Position numbers and translations under genes: made by a program. A stretch of DNA of 64,000 nucleotides from positions 6,846,554 to 6,910,553 of the forward strand of contig NC_057750.1 in the NCBI RefSeq assembly GCF_004010195.1. Direction: 5' to 3'. A model generated the notes under the pieces. It was given only the letters and a program-made list of their open reading frames with translations. It did not search any database and was not told the origin of the DNA. Below, one piece after another: positions 40,301 to 53,490 of the stretch. Every line of letters begins with the position of its first letter. Positions within the stretch are counted from its first letter, which is position 1. This stretch comes from Chiloscyllium plagiosum. Taxonomy: Eukaryota.

Positions 40301-40939
40301 AACCAATATGTGACAATAACAGCAGTTTCTCTTTCGAAGTTCTCTGGGTATTTTATCTTTTAACTCAACCTATTTTTCTAACCAAACTCTTTAGAGACAT
40401 TATTACCCACTTCTGCAGCAGGTGAGACTTGAACAGGGGCGTCCTGGTCCAGGAGTAGGGACACTGCACCACATGAGGGCCCTTTGTTTTATTTCACCTA
40501 TTTTACTAATCAACCCATGCAGAGATGTTATTACACACCTTTGGAGAGGTAGCACACGAACTCAGGTCCAAGGGTAGGGACACTACTGCTATGCCACAGC
40601 CAGCCTAGAAGTGTTCTAGGCACTTACTTAGATAATGCCCTTCATTTATGGATCTTAAAAATATAATAGAAGTGTCTATAATATAGTAGGCTGATGAGAA
40701 GGGCCTTACGGTGCAGTGGTAGCATCCCTACTTCTGGGCTAAAAGGCCTGATTTTCAAGCCCTCCCTGCTCCAGAGATGTATTGTAACATACCCAAACAG
40801 ATTTCTTCAAAATATTGTGCACGCAGATGACCTGACACACAATGGCCAGGGAAGCAGTTCAGACTAAAGAAAGGAAATCTAGCAAAGGAAGGAGGGACTA
40901 AAAAAATGGAGTGAGAGGGGAATAATGCACCTCGGTGAT

Positions 40940-41290
40940 GAGGGGAGACAGTGACCTAGTGGTATTATTGCTGGACTGTTAAACCAGAGACCCAGATAAT
41001 GTTCTGGGCACCCAAGTTCAAATCCTGCCAGGGCAGATGGTAGAATTTGAATTCAATAAAAACCAGGAACAAAAAGTCTAATGATGACCATGAATCCACT
41101 GTCAGAAAATCTCATCTGGTTCATTAATGTCCTTTAGGGAAGGAACCTGCCATCCTTATCTGGTCTGGATCACACGTGACTCCAGACCCTCAGCGATGCG
41201 GTTGACTCTTACACTGCCCTTCTGGGCAATTAGGGACGGGTAATAAATGCAGCCTAGCCAGTCACGCCCACATCCCATGAATGAATAAAG
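40940..41290 (+). mobile_element. Second tRNA-derived SINE family
   Basis: tRNA-like head, 'catctggttcattaatgtcctttagggaaggaa...gactccagacc' body and LINE-like tail; copies at ~4370, 18030(-), 21690, 28405, 35575 and 41660(-). Confidence 0.75.
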
Positions 41291-42109
41291 ATTAGATTAG
41301 ATTCAATTCCCTACAGTGTGAAAACAGTCCCTTTGGCCCAACAGGTCCATACCAACCCTCTGAAGAGTAACCCACCCAGACCCATTTCCTTCTGACTAAT
41401 GCACCTAACACTACGGGCAATTTAGCATGGCCAATCCACCCTAACCTGCACATCTTAGGACTGTGGGAGGGAACCAGAGCACTCAGAGGAAACCCACGCA
41501 GACACGGGGAGAATGTGCAAACTCCACACAGACAGTCGCCCGAGGGTGGAATCGAACCTGGGTCCCTGGTGCTAACCACTGAGCCACCGTGCTGTGCCGC
41601 ACAGAGTGTTTGTCTAAGAGAAGAAAATGCCCAGTGGGACCCACCCATCTTCAATATAAGGGTGTCATTAGCCAGGCCCGCATCTATCACCCCCTCAACT
41701 GAGTAGGTTGCTCAGCCATTTCAGGGGACAATTAAAAGTCAAACACCTCGATGTGGATATGGACCTACATGTAGGGTAAGAGCAGCAGATTTATTGTCGT
41801 AAAAGGCATTAGAGAATCAGATTTTTAAAGAATAATAAATAGACATTTCCTCGCTGAGATGAGCTTTGTATTCCAAACTTATTTGTTGAATTTATAATTC
41901 CACCAGTTGCCATGGCAAAATTTGAAGTCATGCACCCAAAGCATTAAGCCGGGCCTCTGGATTACCACTCCAGCATCATTGCCAAGTGCTATTGCATCCG
42001 CTGTAGCAAAGAAATAGACATTATTACTGGCACAGGTACATTGTACAGAAGGATTGGGATTTGTTAGGAAAACACTCCGGTCAAGAGGTGGCTGAATGAA
42101 TGCTATGAA

Positions 42110-42645
42110 TGGTGAATAACTCACCTTCTGACTCCCCAAAGCCTGTCCACCATCTATGAGACACAGTCAGGAGTGTGATGGAACACCCCCCAATTGCCCT
42201 GGATGGGGACAGCTCCAACAACACTCAAGAAGCTCAACATCATCCAGGACAAAACAGCCTGCATTCCACTCCCTCCCTCTACAGTCGCTCAATAGCAGTG
42301 GTGTGTACTAACTATATGATGCAGTGAGGAAATTCACCAAAGATCCTCAGACAGCACCTTCCAAACCCACGACCACTTCCATCTGGAAGGACATGGGCAG
42401 TAGATACAGGGAACACCACCACCTTCAAGTTCCCCTCCACTCACCATCCTGACTTGGAAATATATCACTGTTCCCAGTGTCACTGGGTCAAAATCCGAGA
42501 GTTCCCTCTCCAATAGCATTGTGGGTCTAACCACAGCATGCGGACTGCAGCGGTTCAAGAAGGCAGCTCAACCCCAAGGGGAAATTAGGGACGAGCAATA
42601 AATGCTGGGCCCAGTCAGTGATACCGATGTCCCATGAATTAATAA
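42110..42645 (+). mobile_element. CR1/L2-group LINE 3' fragment (tail shared with the second SINE family)
   Basis: 'SLSTIYETQSGVMEH.P.A......TTLKKLNIIQDKTA'; related pieces at ~7675, 10880, 18400-19700, 29500-30310(-), 31150(-) and 60545. Confidence 0.6.
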
Positions 42646-44321
42646 TGTGAGGGAAGATTCACAATACAAGCTACAAGCCATTCTACGAGAGGACTGCTTC
42701 CGATTAAGTAGTCTGTGCTCAAACAACAATTTTCTCCCTTGTGTGTCTTAACCGATGTAGTGGTGCCGGTGTTGGACTGGGACGGACAAAGACAGGAGTC
42801 ACATGACACCAGGTTATGGTCCAACAGGTTTATTTGAAATCACAATATCTTTCGGAGCGTTGCCCCTTCCTTAGGTGAAGCCACCTGACTTCACTTCACC
42901 TGACGAAGGAGCAGCCCTCTGAAAGTTTGTGATTGCAAATAAGCCTGTTGGACCATAACATGGCGTCGACTGACTTTGATGATGGGGTTTGAATGATCTC
43001 AGCACCCTACCATTTTCAAAACCTCCAACTTGATGCATCCTGTAAACATCTTCAGCAGGAATCGATTGTGGGTTATTTGCCATGCTGAATGTAATGCAAG
43101 GGAGGCAAGCAGACAGTTTTCCTTCAAATGGTTGCTAAGTGCTTTCTTCTCTGTTGACATAGAACCTCCCGGGGGACGTTAACTAACACTCCAATATCAG
43201 ATTGGCAATGATGCATAATTGAAGAGAAGTATAATTGCAAAACAATTACCTAAGTGAACACTTTGGATGAAAGAGTATTCTTGAAAGTGTTTGTAAGAAC
43301 CACAATACAGGTTTGTATGAAAGAATGCCCTCCTGGCTAATTTCACATATCTTTGCTGAATATCTACAGCTTCTCTGTCACAGCATCACCTGTTCCTTAA
43401 ACAAGGTGTGCCTCCTAAGCACCTGAGACATGCGAAAACAGCACGCCATCAGTCTTTACCCAATAAAAACCGAAAGAACTGTGGAAGCTGTAAATCAGAA
43501 ACAAAAATGGAAATATTTGGAAAAGCTCAGCAGGTCTGGCAGCATCTGTGGAGAGAAATCAGAGTTAACGTTTTGGGTCGAGCGAGGAATTCTGAGGTAG
43601 GATCACTCGTCCCGAGTGATTTCTCTCCGCAGATGCTGTCAGTCCTGCTGAGCTTTTTCAATTATTTCCATTTTCGTTTCAGTCTTTGCTCACTTGGCAC
43701 CGTCACCTAAATCGTAGGGTGCTGGGTTCACATCCCACTCAGGACTCCAACATAACAATTCCCTCTCATACCCAGTGCGGCGCTGAGGTAGTGCTGCACT
43801 GTTGGAGGCGCAGCCTTGCAGATGCAATGATCCAATGAAGCCAGTGGGGGTGGGTATAACGTATATCACATCACAACCTCAAAGAAGAGTAGGACAGTTT
43901 CTCAGTGCATTCCTGACGAGGGCGACTCTCCTGCTCCTCAGATGCTGCCTGATCTGCTGTGCTTTTCCAGCGCCACCCTTTACAACTTTGAATATTTATC
44001 CCTCAAACAAACAGCAATCCAGGGCATGGTAAAATTGCTATAGTTTTCCTTTTTACCGGTAAAGCCAGCATTGATTGCCTCACTAAGCTTTTGCAGGAGA
44101 CTGTTCAGAGTCAAGCATATCATTGTGGGTCTGAAGTCACATGCAGGGCAGACTGGGTAAAGATGGAAGAGTTAGTTAGGCAGTTGTTTTTGACTCAATG
44201 GGCTCCTGTATCGTCAACCTCAATACCTCTACTTTCTCCCCTAATGGATATGAGTGAACTAGAGCTGAAAATGTGTTGCTGGAAAAGCGCAGCAGGTCAG
44301 GCAGCATCCAGGGAACAGGAG

Positions 44322-44357
44322 AATCGACGTTTCGGGCATAAGCCCTTCTTCAGGAAT
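44322..44357 (-). ncRNA. Minimal hammerhead ribozyme motif in a family-A element
   Basis: Reverse complement reads ATTC-CTGAAGA-A-GGGC-TTAT-GCCC-GAAAC-GTC-GATT; element has TSD tgaactaga. Confidence 0.6.
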
Positions 44358-44619
44358 GAACTAGATTCTGCTCATCATTAAAACCGAAAGAACTGCGGAT
44401 GCTGAAAATCAAAAACAAAAACAGAAACTGCGGGAAAAGTTTTGAGGGAGGGTCACTTGACCCAAAAGATTAACTCTGATTCCTCTCCACAGATGCAGCC
44501 AGACCTACTGAGCTTTTCCAGCAATTTCTGCTTTTGCTGCTAGTCATCATTACCAGGGCTAGCTTTATATTCAAAATGTATTCATTGAATTTTTATTGGT
44601 CCGTGCATTGATTTTAGGA

Positions 44620-45430
44620 GCTGTGATGTCATGTTGTGGCTCTACAGGACATTGGTTAGGCCACTTTTGAAATACTATGTTTAGTTCTGGTCTCCCTGCT
44701 GTAGGAAAGAGGTTGTGAAACTTGAAAGGGTTCAGAAAAGATCTACAAGGATGTTGCCAGGGTTGGAGGGATTGAGCGATGGGGAGATGCTGAATAAACT
44801 GGGGCTGTTTTCCCTGGAGCGTCAGAGGCTGAAGAGTGACCTCATAAAGGTTTATAAAATCATGAAGGGCACGAATAGGGTGAACAGCCAATGTCTTTTT
44901 CCCAGGGTAGGGGAGTCCAAGACTAGAGGGCATAGGTTTAAAGTCAGAAGGGAAAGATGGGGGTGGCACAGTTGCTCAAGTGGTTAGCACTGCTGTCTCA
45001 GTGGTTAGCGCCAGGGCCCCAGGTTCGATTCCCGCCTCAGGCAACTGTCTGTGTGGAGTTTGCACATTCATCCCGTGTCTCTGTGGGTTCACAGTTTCCT
45101 ACAGTTACCTCCCACAGTCCAAAGATGTGCAGGTCAGGTGAATTAGCCGTGCTAAATTGCCCATAGTGTTAGGTGCATTAGTCAGGGGTAAATATAGGGG
45201 TCTGGGTGGGTTACTCTTCAGAGGGTTGGTGCGGACTTGTTGGGCTGAAGGGCCTGTTTCCACACTGTAGGCAATCTAATCTAGTATAAAAAGGACCTTA
45301 GGGGCAACATTTTCACACAGAGGGTGGTATGTGTATGGAATGAGCTGCCAGAGGAAGTGGTGGAGGCTGGCACAATTACAACATTTAAAAGGCATCTGGA
45401 TGGGTAGATGAAAAGGAAGGGTTTAGAGGG
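44620..45430 (+). mobile_element. CR1 3' fragment interrupted by a SINE (~44960-45282)
   Basis: 'KLERVQKRSTRMLPGLEGLS...LGLFSLERQRLKSDLIKVYKIM'. Confidence 0.82.
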
Positions 45431-48400
45431 AAACTAACAAATTAACTTGAGTCGCAAGAACAAAGGGGCGAGGTATGACAGGAATTCCACAGAAAATTTA
45501 GAGAATGTTACACTTACCTTCCTCACCTGCAAGCTGTTTTACTCAGTAATTAACTCTGCTTGTCTCCTGTTCCTTCGAGGCTGTCATTTTAAAACCTGAA
45601 GGTCCTAATCCTGCAATATGCTTGTTTCTTGAATTTGAAAAGTAAGGCTTTGCTTTTTGATCATTTTAAGTTTAGCTCGATCGAGTATGGACGTTAAAGA
45701 TGTTTATTGAATAGACAGGAAAGCTGGTCATTTTCGATATGCTACTTAGCATCAGTGCTGGGCCAGAGTTTTGGATGGGGTGGGCTGTTATATTGTTAAT
45801 CATCCATTGACTGAAACAGGAGTCAGTCTGTCGGCCACAACTGCATTTCATTGTTCAATTCAAACATCAAACTGCTTTATCCACTTCCTGCAATCCCTTT
45901 TAGTCAGAATTTTTTTAAAAAAAACAAGCCTTTAAATATATGATCATCTGCTCTCTGTTATTGAGATTAAAATGGTGTTGGAAAGGTATGGGGGAGAAAG
46001 TAGGAGATTGGCATTTGGAAATGATGCTCATTTGAAGAGACGGTATAGGTGCGATGGAATGAATGGCCTCCTTCAGGGCTGTAACACTTCTGTGGTTTCA
46101 GCAGCATGCCTCGGCTCATTCTTAAAGGGACCGTCACTTGCAACATTGTCAGAGGACTGCGTACTGAATGGAATGAGGTCAGCCAGCTGGTCCTTACAGA
46201 ATCTGAGGAGAAAGTAGGGACTGCAGATGCTGGAGAGTCAGGTTCGAAGAGTGTGGCGCTGGAAAAGCACAGCCGGTCAGGCAGCATCCGAGGGGCAAGA
46301 GAATCAATGTTTCAAGCATGAGCTCTTCCATGAAATGTCAACTCAAGATTCAAGATGGTCTACTGTGAACAGTCTACTGTGTTGGTCTCTGAGCCATACT
46401 CCAGGCAAGGTGGGCTCCTACCATCCTCCCGCCATTAATCACCCCTGAGGAAAGTCTGTAGTTTAAAATAAATAGAATACCTAGAGCCTCTTTAAATCAG
46501 GATTTGGAAGATTAGATTACCTACAGTGTGGAAGCAGGCCCTTCGGCCCAACCAGTCCACACCAACCCTCCGAAGAGTAACCCACTTCCCTCTGACTAAT
46601 GCACCTAATGGCACTATGGGCAATTTAGCATGGCCAATTCACCTGACCTGCACATCTTTGGACTGTGGGAGGAAACTGGAGCACCCAGAGGAAACCCACA
46701 CAGACACAGGGAGAATGTGCAAACTTCACACAGACAGTCGCCCGAGGCTGGAATCGAATCTGGGACCCTGGTGCTAACCACCGAGACAGCAGTGCTAACC
46801 ACTTGAGCAACTGTGCCACCCGTATCTTGAGCAACTGTGCCACCCCTTCGTGCTGTGAGACAGCAGTGCTAACCACTGAGCCACCGTGCACCCTGATTTG
46901 GAGCTAATATGAAGATGTTGAAATGAAAAGGGCCTAGGGGAGAGCAGCAAGCAGGGCACTCCCCTACTACATCGGGTACACCCACGGCCGTTACCTATAC
47001 TCCTTAGGCGGTGCCCTTGAGTTCAATGGAGCAGCAGCAGTTACTAACGGAGTTTACAAAACTCCGTGAAAAGATTGAGGGAGTGCTGGAACCAATCACT
47101 GCCATGTTGGCGAACCTGAGCAGGAGACCCAGGCTTTGGATCAGCACATGGAGGCGATGAAGCAGAGGACTGCAGCCTCAGAGGGCGCGACGGAGAGCTC
47201 CGAGGGGTGGGTCTGAACCCTGAAGGCCAGGTTGGGCCCTGCAGGAACAAGTTGATGACCTCGAAAATCGAGGTCAGAGAAAAAAAATCTACACATCTTG
47301 GGCTTACTGGAATGTGAAGAAGGTGAAAACCTCGCTGACTTCCTCGAGGGTCGACTTCCAGGGTTGCTGGGCTGGGAGATTGAGTTAGGCCAGGTCAGTG
47401 TGGAGTGGGCCTACCAGATCGCATTGTGCAGATCCAGGTGGGCCCAGCGCCCCTGTCCAGTCCTAGTGCGACTCCAGCATTACAAGAAAAAGCACTTAAT
47501 AATAGAAACAGCCAGAAGACTGGGAAAAGATCCACAGGCTTTGGCTTATAAAGGCTCGAAAATAATGTTTTTCATTAGTTTTCTGGGGCTATAATTAAGA
47601 AAAGGAAGGTCTTTGATAGTGTAAAGAAAAAAACTGAGAGATTTAAACATTCAATACTCTCTGAGGTAACCTGCAGAGCTATGTTTCAGTTATGGGGGAT
47701 CTGTCTACAACTTCGATTTGGCAGAAAATGTAAAAGGATGTTTGGACTCGCTGCAATGATAGATTTTGGCCAAGAAGGAAGAAAAGAGGTGAATGGACAA
47801 TGGCATAGTATAAAACTTTTCTTTTGTATCTTCTTTCTCTTTGTTCTTTTCCCTTTTGTGGTTTCAGGCTTTATAGGCTTGATATTGCTCAGGTGTAAAG
47901 TCCGGTGTGTTTTATATTATATCTGTTTTGAGGTTATTAATTATTCTATTGTTCTGTTTTGCTGGGTGAGGGGTGGTTACTCCTTTGTTCTAAAGATGTG
48001 TGGGGTTGAGATGAGGAGGGGGAGGGGTGGCCATCCATTGTTAACTGGTGGGAGTGTAAATAATAATAATAATAATAATAATATGTGCTTTTTTCCATTG
48101 CTTGGGTTTTGGGTGCGGTCTTATCTGGAAGGTGTTCGGATGGTTATGAAGTTGGGAGTGAATGCCCCCTATGGGCAAGGCGGGGTGGGGGGAATCTCTG
48201 GAAATTTGTGTTTATTTGTTTAAGTTAGGAGTAGAGGTTAGTTTGTTTAGTTTTGGTAGTTCTAGTAGTGCTATTGGAATAGTCTTCAGATTTGATAAAG
48301 TCTGTTTTTTCTCCACTCGTCGCACATTGAATGGGCTTTCTCTTCGCTGGGGACTACGGGCTGTAGTGTGCGGTCATGGGTAGTGATCAGTTCAGGTGGT

Positions 48401-49838
48401 GCACCTGGAATATAAAGGGAAGCCACTCCCCAATAAAAGGAAAAAGGTGTTCTCAAATCTTAAAGAAGAAATGGTTGACATTGCGCTGTTGCAAGAGACA
48501 CATCTGACTGATAGGGAACATCTGAATTTACAGCAGGCAGGGATATGATAGGCTACTCCTTTCCTCCTTTAACTAAAGTAGAGGAGTGGCCATACTGGTA
48601 TGAAAGAACCTCCTATTCCAGGTGACAGATCAAATCAAGGATGACTATAGACGGTTCGTCATTCATGAGGCGCTGATACACGGAGAAGAGTATAGCATCC
48701 TGAATGTTTACTGTCCCCCAGCACACCCTCTCAAGTTTTTACTTGATGCAGTTGCTAAGTTAATGGCTCTTGGGGCGCGCCATACAATTATTGGAGGGGA
48801 CTTTAATGGACCCTGGGGTAGACAAGATACCAAAAGGGCTGTCGGGTACACCTCAGCAGTCTAGACAGTTAGTGGACTTGTGTAAGGAACTGGGGCTAGT
48901 GGATGTGTGGAGGAATCTCCACCTAAACGGAAGGGAGTTTACCTTCTCCTCCAGCCCACACAAGTGCCACACAGAACTGATATGTTCGTTGTCCCGTCGG
49001 TTTGTTCAGATTTGGTATTAGCTTGCAGAATTGGGAGCATAACTATTTCGGACCCTGCGGCAGTATACTTAGATGTCATGACCAACGGTAGTGGGGCAGG
49101 CACACGGTAGTGGGGTGCATGGATCCGTTTTTGATGAAGGATGGCAACTTTGTTCACAATGGAGTTCATGACTTTTTGGGACATCATTCGGGGTATGGCC
49201 GGCAATCCATCAGTGCTCTGGGAGACCACCAGAGCATTCTTAAGGGGTATGAGAAGGCGAAGGAGCTGGAGGGGGGAGCAGCGGCGGATGCTTGAGGCCT
49301 AGTTGAAGGCAGCCAAGTCGGCATATTACACCAGACCATCCGTGGTCAAATTACAACGGGTCATGGCTCTCTGGGCTGCTCTGGACTCAGTGCTCACACA
49401 AGTGGCGAAGAGAGGGGTCTCCTTTGCAAAGCAATGGCTGTTTGAGTATGGGGATAAGCCAGGTGGATACCTGGCTTACCAGGCTAGGAAGGAAAGTGCT
49501 CCACAATCCACACTGTCGATCAGGGAGTGAGCCGGTAACGTCAATCGCGAATTGAGGAATATCAATGCCAGATTCCAGGAGTTTTATACAGATGTGGGGA
49601 TGAAAATGCAAGGATGGAATCCTTCTTGGAAAACTTGGACCTCCCTGGTATAAACGCAAATCAAGCCTCCCTTTTAAATGCAGCTCTAACAGTGCAGGAG
49701 GTGCAGGAGGTGGTAATGCAGCTCCAAGGTGGTAAGGCACCCAGTCCAGGCGGATTCCCGAGTGAATTTTACAAGGGGTTCATATACATGTTGGCTGAAC
49801 CACTGCTGGAGATGTATAGTCACTCATATAACCAGGAC

Positions 49839-51860
49839 AGGATGTTCAGGTATTTGGAAAGGCAAGGTCCGATTAGGGATAGTCAGTATGGCTTTGTGTG
49901 TGGGAAATCATGTCTCACAAACTTGATTGAGTTTTTTTGAAGAAGTAACTGCAAGCGGGCATCAGAGCCATCCCGCATTTGCCACGGGACTTTGCCTACA
50001 TCGGTAAAACTATAGGAATTCATTTTGTGTTTTAAACGGCAGCCGCAGCTTAAACCCACAGAACTCAGCAGCTGCCGGTCCGCCCACGTGACCGGGAGAT
50101 GGGAGCCAGAGGATAGATCACATTCACACTAGGCCAGACACTAACCATGACTCATAGACCGAAACTCCGGAGCTAATTAATATGGAAACCCATCTCCTAA
50201 TCACATCAAGAGACTGACTGAAACACACCCATATTCATTAATACAGAACCATCCTGACACAAAGGACAGGCATCCACCAGACAGGAACGATCAGACTAAT
50301 ACACACCAGCACCCCAAGGGAACAAAGGGGGGTGCTAGCCCCCAGCCCTCACAGAGAGAAACAAGCAGATAGTACCCGGATCCGTTTACATAATCCAATT
50401 AGCACCCTATTGTGTCTACACTCCTGGGACAGCAGGAAACCCACCATTTGCACCTACTCCAGCGATGATGGGGAACTATCATCCCATTCATACTCAAAAT
50501 CCTCACATCCTGACAAAGAAAGGTATATAATGTGTAGCAGTGCGCGGGAACAGCAGAACAGACGAGATTCGGACCTCGGTTGGTCTCCGCTGGCGTTACT
50601 GTATCAATAAACGTTACCGATTGTTGAACTGCACTCTGGGCTCGGACTGATATCATTTCATCCGCGCTAACATAACAAAGAGGATTAATGAGGGCAGAGC
50701 AGTAGATGTGATCTATACAGACTTCAGTAAGGTGTTTGACAAGGCTCCCCATGGGAGACTGGTTAGCAAGGTTAGATCTCATGGAATAAAGGGAGGCCTA
50801 GCCATTTGGATACAGAACTGGCTCAAAGTTAGAAGACAGAGGGTGTTGGTGGAGGGTTGTTTTTCAGACTGGAGGCCTGTGACCAGTGGAGTGCCACAAG
50901 GATCGGTGCTGGCTCCACTACTTTTCGTTATTTACATAAATGATTTGGATGCGAGCATAAGAGGTACAGTTAGTAAGTTTGAAGATGACCCCAAAATTGG
51001 AGGTGTAGTGGACAGCGAAGACGGTTACCTCAGATTACAATGGGATCTTGATCAGATGGACCAATGGGCTGATAAGTGGCAGATGGAGTTTAATTCAGAT
51101 AAATGTGAGGTGCTGCATTTTGGGAAAGCAAATCTTAGCAGGACTTATACACTTAATAGTAAGGTCTTAGAGACCTTGGAGTGCAGGTTCACAGCTCCTT
51201 GAAAGTGGAGTCGCAGGTAGATAAAATAGTGAAGAAGGCGTATGTATGCTTTCTTTTATTGGTCAGAGTACTGAGCACAGGATTTGGGAGGTCATGTTGT
51301 GGCTGTACAGGACATTGGTTAGGCCACTGTTGGAATATTGCGTACAATTCTGGTGTCCTTCCTATCAGAAGGATGTTGTGAAACTTGAAAGGATTCAGAA
51401 AAGATTTACAAGGATGTTGTCAGGGTTGGAGGATTTGAGCTATAGGGAGAGGTTGAATAGGCTGGGGCTGTTTTCCCTGGAGCATCAGAGGATGAGGGGT
51501 GACCTTATAGAGGTTTATAAAATCATGAGGTGGGGTAGATAGGATAAATAGACAAAGTCTCTTCCCTGGGGTGGGGGAGTATAGAACTGGAGGACATAGG
51601 TTTAGGGTGAGAGAGGAAAGATATAAAAGAGACCTTTTTCACACAGAGGGTGGTGTGTGTCTGGAATGAGCTGCCAGAGGAAGTGGTGGAGGCTGGTACA
51701 ATTACAACATTTAAAAGGCATCTGGATGGGTATATGAATAGGAAGGGTTTAGTGGGATATGGGCCAAGTGCTAGTAAATGGGACTAGATTAGTTTAGGAT
51801 ATCTGGTCGGCATGACCGAAGGGTCTGTTTTCATGCTGTACGTCTCTGTGACTCTATGAC
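49839..51860 (+). mobile_element. 5'-truncated CR1 (HER1-like) LINE inserted in L1 ORF2
   Basis: RT motifs 'IYTDFSKVFDK', 'GVPQGSVL', 'KFEDD.KIGG'; actctatg-type tail; L1 reading frame resumes after 51860 (YNQD|CFPSSLREA). Confidence 0.9.
49950..50672 (+). mobile_element. Solo LTR (723 bp) inserted in the CR1
   Basis: TG...CA ends (TGCAAGCG...CGCTAACA); 4-bp TSD taac at 49946-49949 and 50673-50676; TATATAA at ~50524 and AATAAA at 50606; CR1 is contiguous once it is removed. Confidence 0.8.
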
Positions 51861-52842
51861 TGTTTTCCGTCCTCTCTTAGGGAGGCTAATATCTCCCTTA
51901 TCTTAAAGAAAGGGAAAGACCCCAAGGATTGCGCATCATACAGACCCATCTTATTGTTGAATGTGGATTTTAAAATTCTATCAAAGGTGTTGGCTCTGAG
52001 GTTGGAGACGGTGCTGCCCATTATTATAAAAAAGGACCAGGCGGGTATTTATCAAGGGCTGCAGCTCCTCCACAATATCAGGCAGGTGTTGAATATCATG
52101 CAAATATGTCAGCAGAGAACAGTTCCAGGTTTGGTCGTCTCCTGGATACAGAAGAGGCTTTTGATCGGGTGGAATGGTCGTATCTCTTTGCTGTTCTGGA
52201 TCGTTTTGGTCTGGGAGGGGCCTTCGTCTGGTGGGTGGCAGTGTTATATAAAGACCCCAAGGCGACAGTTGTCACAAATGGGGTTAAATTGCGCAACGTT
52301 GGTGTGGGGAGGGGTAGCCAACCAGGATCCCCTTGTCGTCGCTACTGTTCACCTTGGTACTTGAACCACTGGTGGAGAATATCCAAAAAGACCCTGAAAT
52401 AACAGCATTGGAAATGAGAGTTGGGGAACACAAAATCATTCTCTGTGTGGACGAGGTCCTTTTGTTTTTAGCTAACCAAAAAAAAAAATCCACACCCCGG
52501 TTAATAAAAAAAACTAAATTATTCAATGGCTACAAATGTTACAAAATTGGAGGTCATACCCGTGGGGCGGATGGGTGGTGGAGGTACTGAAGCTGGAAGT
52601 CGGAATGGAATTTCCCTTGAGGTGATTACAGAAAGGTTTTCATCTTTATCTGGGGAATTTTTATTATCCCTCGCTTCCGGTAGCTGTACAGAGCTAACTT
52701 TGTGCATCTATTTGAGAGGATCAAGCAGGACTTGCAGCGATGGGAGGGACTACACATGTCAAGGCTTGGCTGTGTAGCCTTGATTAAAATGAATATTCTT
52801 CCTCGGCTGCTATATCCTATGAGGATGCTCCCGTTATAATAC

Positions 52843-53490
52843 TGTCACAAAGCTAGTCCCTTTTTTTCTAAAAGCTGTTCCTTGGCTCAAGGATACTCTG
52901 TGTTTGATTTTTTTCAGAGGGGTAATAAATCAGGCCGGGCTCCCATCAGTCTGGTTTGGTACAGAGATGAAAAGGATTTTGAGAGGCCTTTTGTTTATAT
53001 GTAAACAGATGAGACTTCAGGCCAAAGTGGTCATGTTTTAGAAGTGACCTGTATAATGAACGGGGAGTAGTCAGCTCTCTCGCTGAGCAGTTTAGTTCAG
53101 TCTTGAACTGGTGAGGAGTTCAACATGGAGCTGTGTGGAAACTCTCTCTCTGTGTCAGTTTCTGCCCTTCAACTTCAACCTGTAAGCATGTGTTCCATTT
53201 ATATTGGGTTTTAAAGGGAGTTTGATTATCGGGACTGTTGTGTATATTCAGAACAGCATAATTAAGTCTCGTTTGGACAGACTGAGTTCTGTAGAGGTTC
53301 CTTATTCTGTTCTTTGTGTTTCATTGCGTAATTTTGTGAATAAACATTTTTCTGTTTTTAAATCTAGTAGTCAACCTAACTAATTTAATCCGGGTAATTT
53401 TCATTGTACACTTAGCGAAATAAATTGCAAAGTTATGGTCTGAGCTGCCTGCTTCAGAATGTTTTGAGTGGTCTGGCTTCGTCCATAACG
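52843..53490 (+). mobile_element. Solo LTR (648 bp) inserted in L1 ORF2
   Basis: Starts TGTCAC and ends ATAACG (CA to CG change); 4-bp TSD atac at 52839-52842 and 53491-53494; AATAAA at 53339. Confidence 0.72.

Noticed and set aside
45512..45600. Strong minus-strand donor AAG|GTAAGT at ~45518 as an EML coding exon
   Set aside because: The upstream ATG frame hits a stop before the donor and has no EML similarity; a non-coding exon cannot be excluded.
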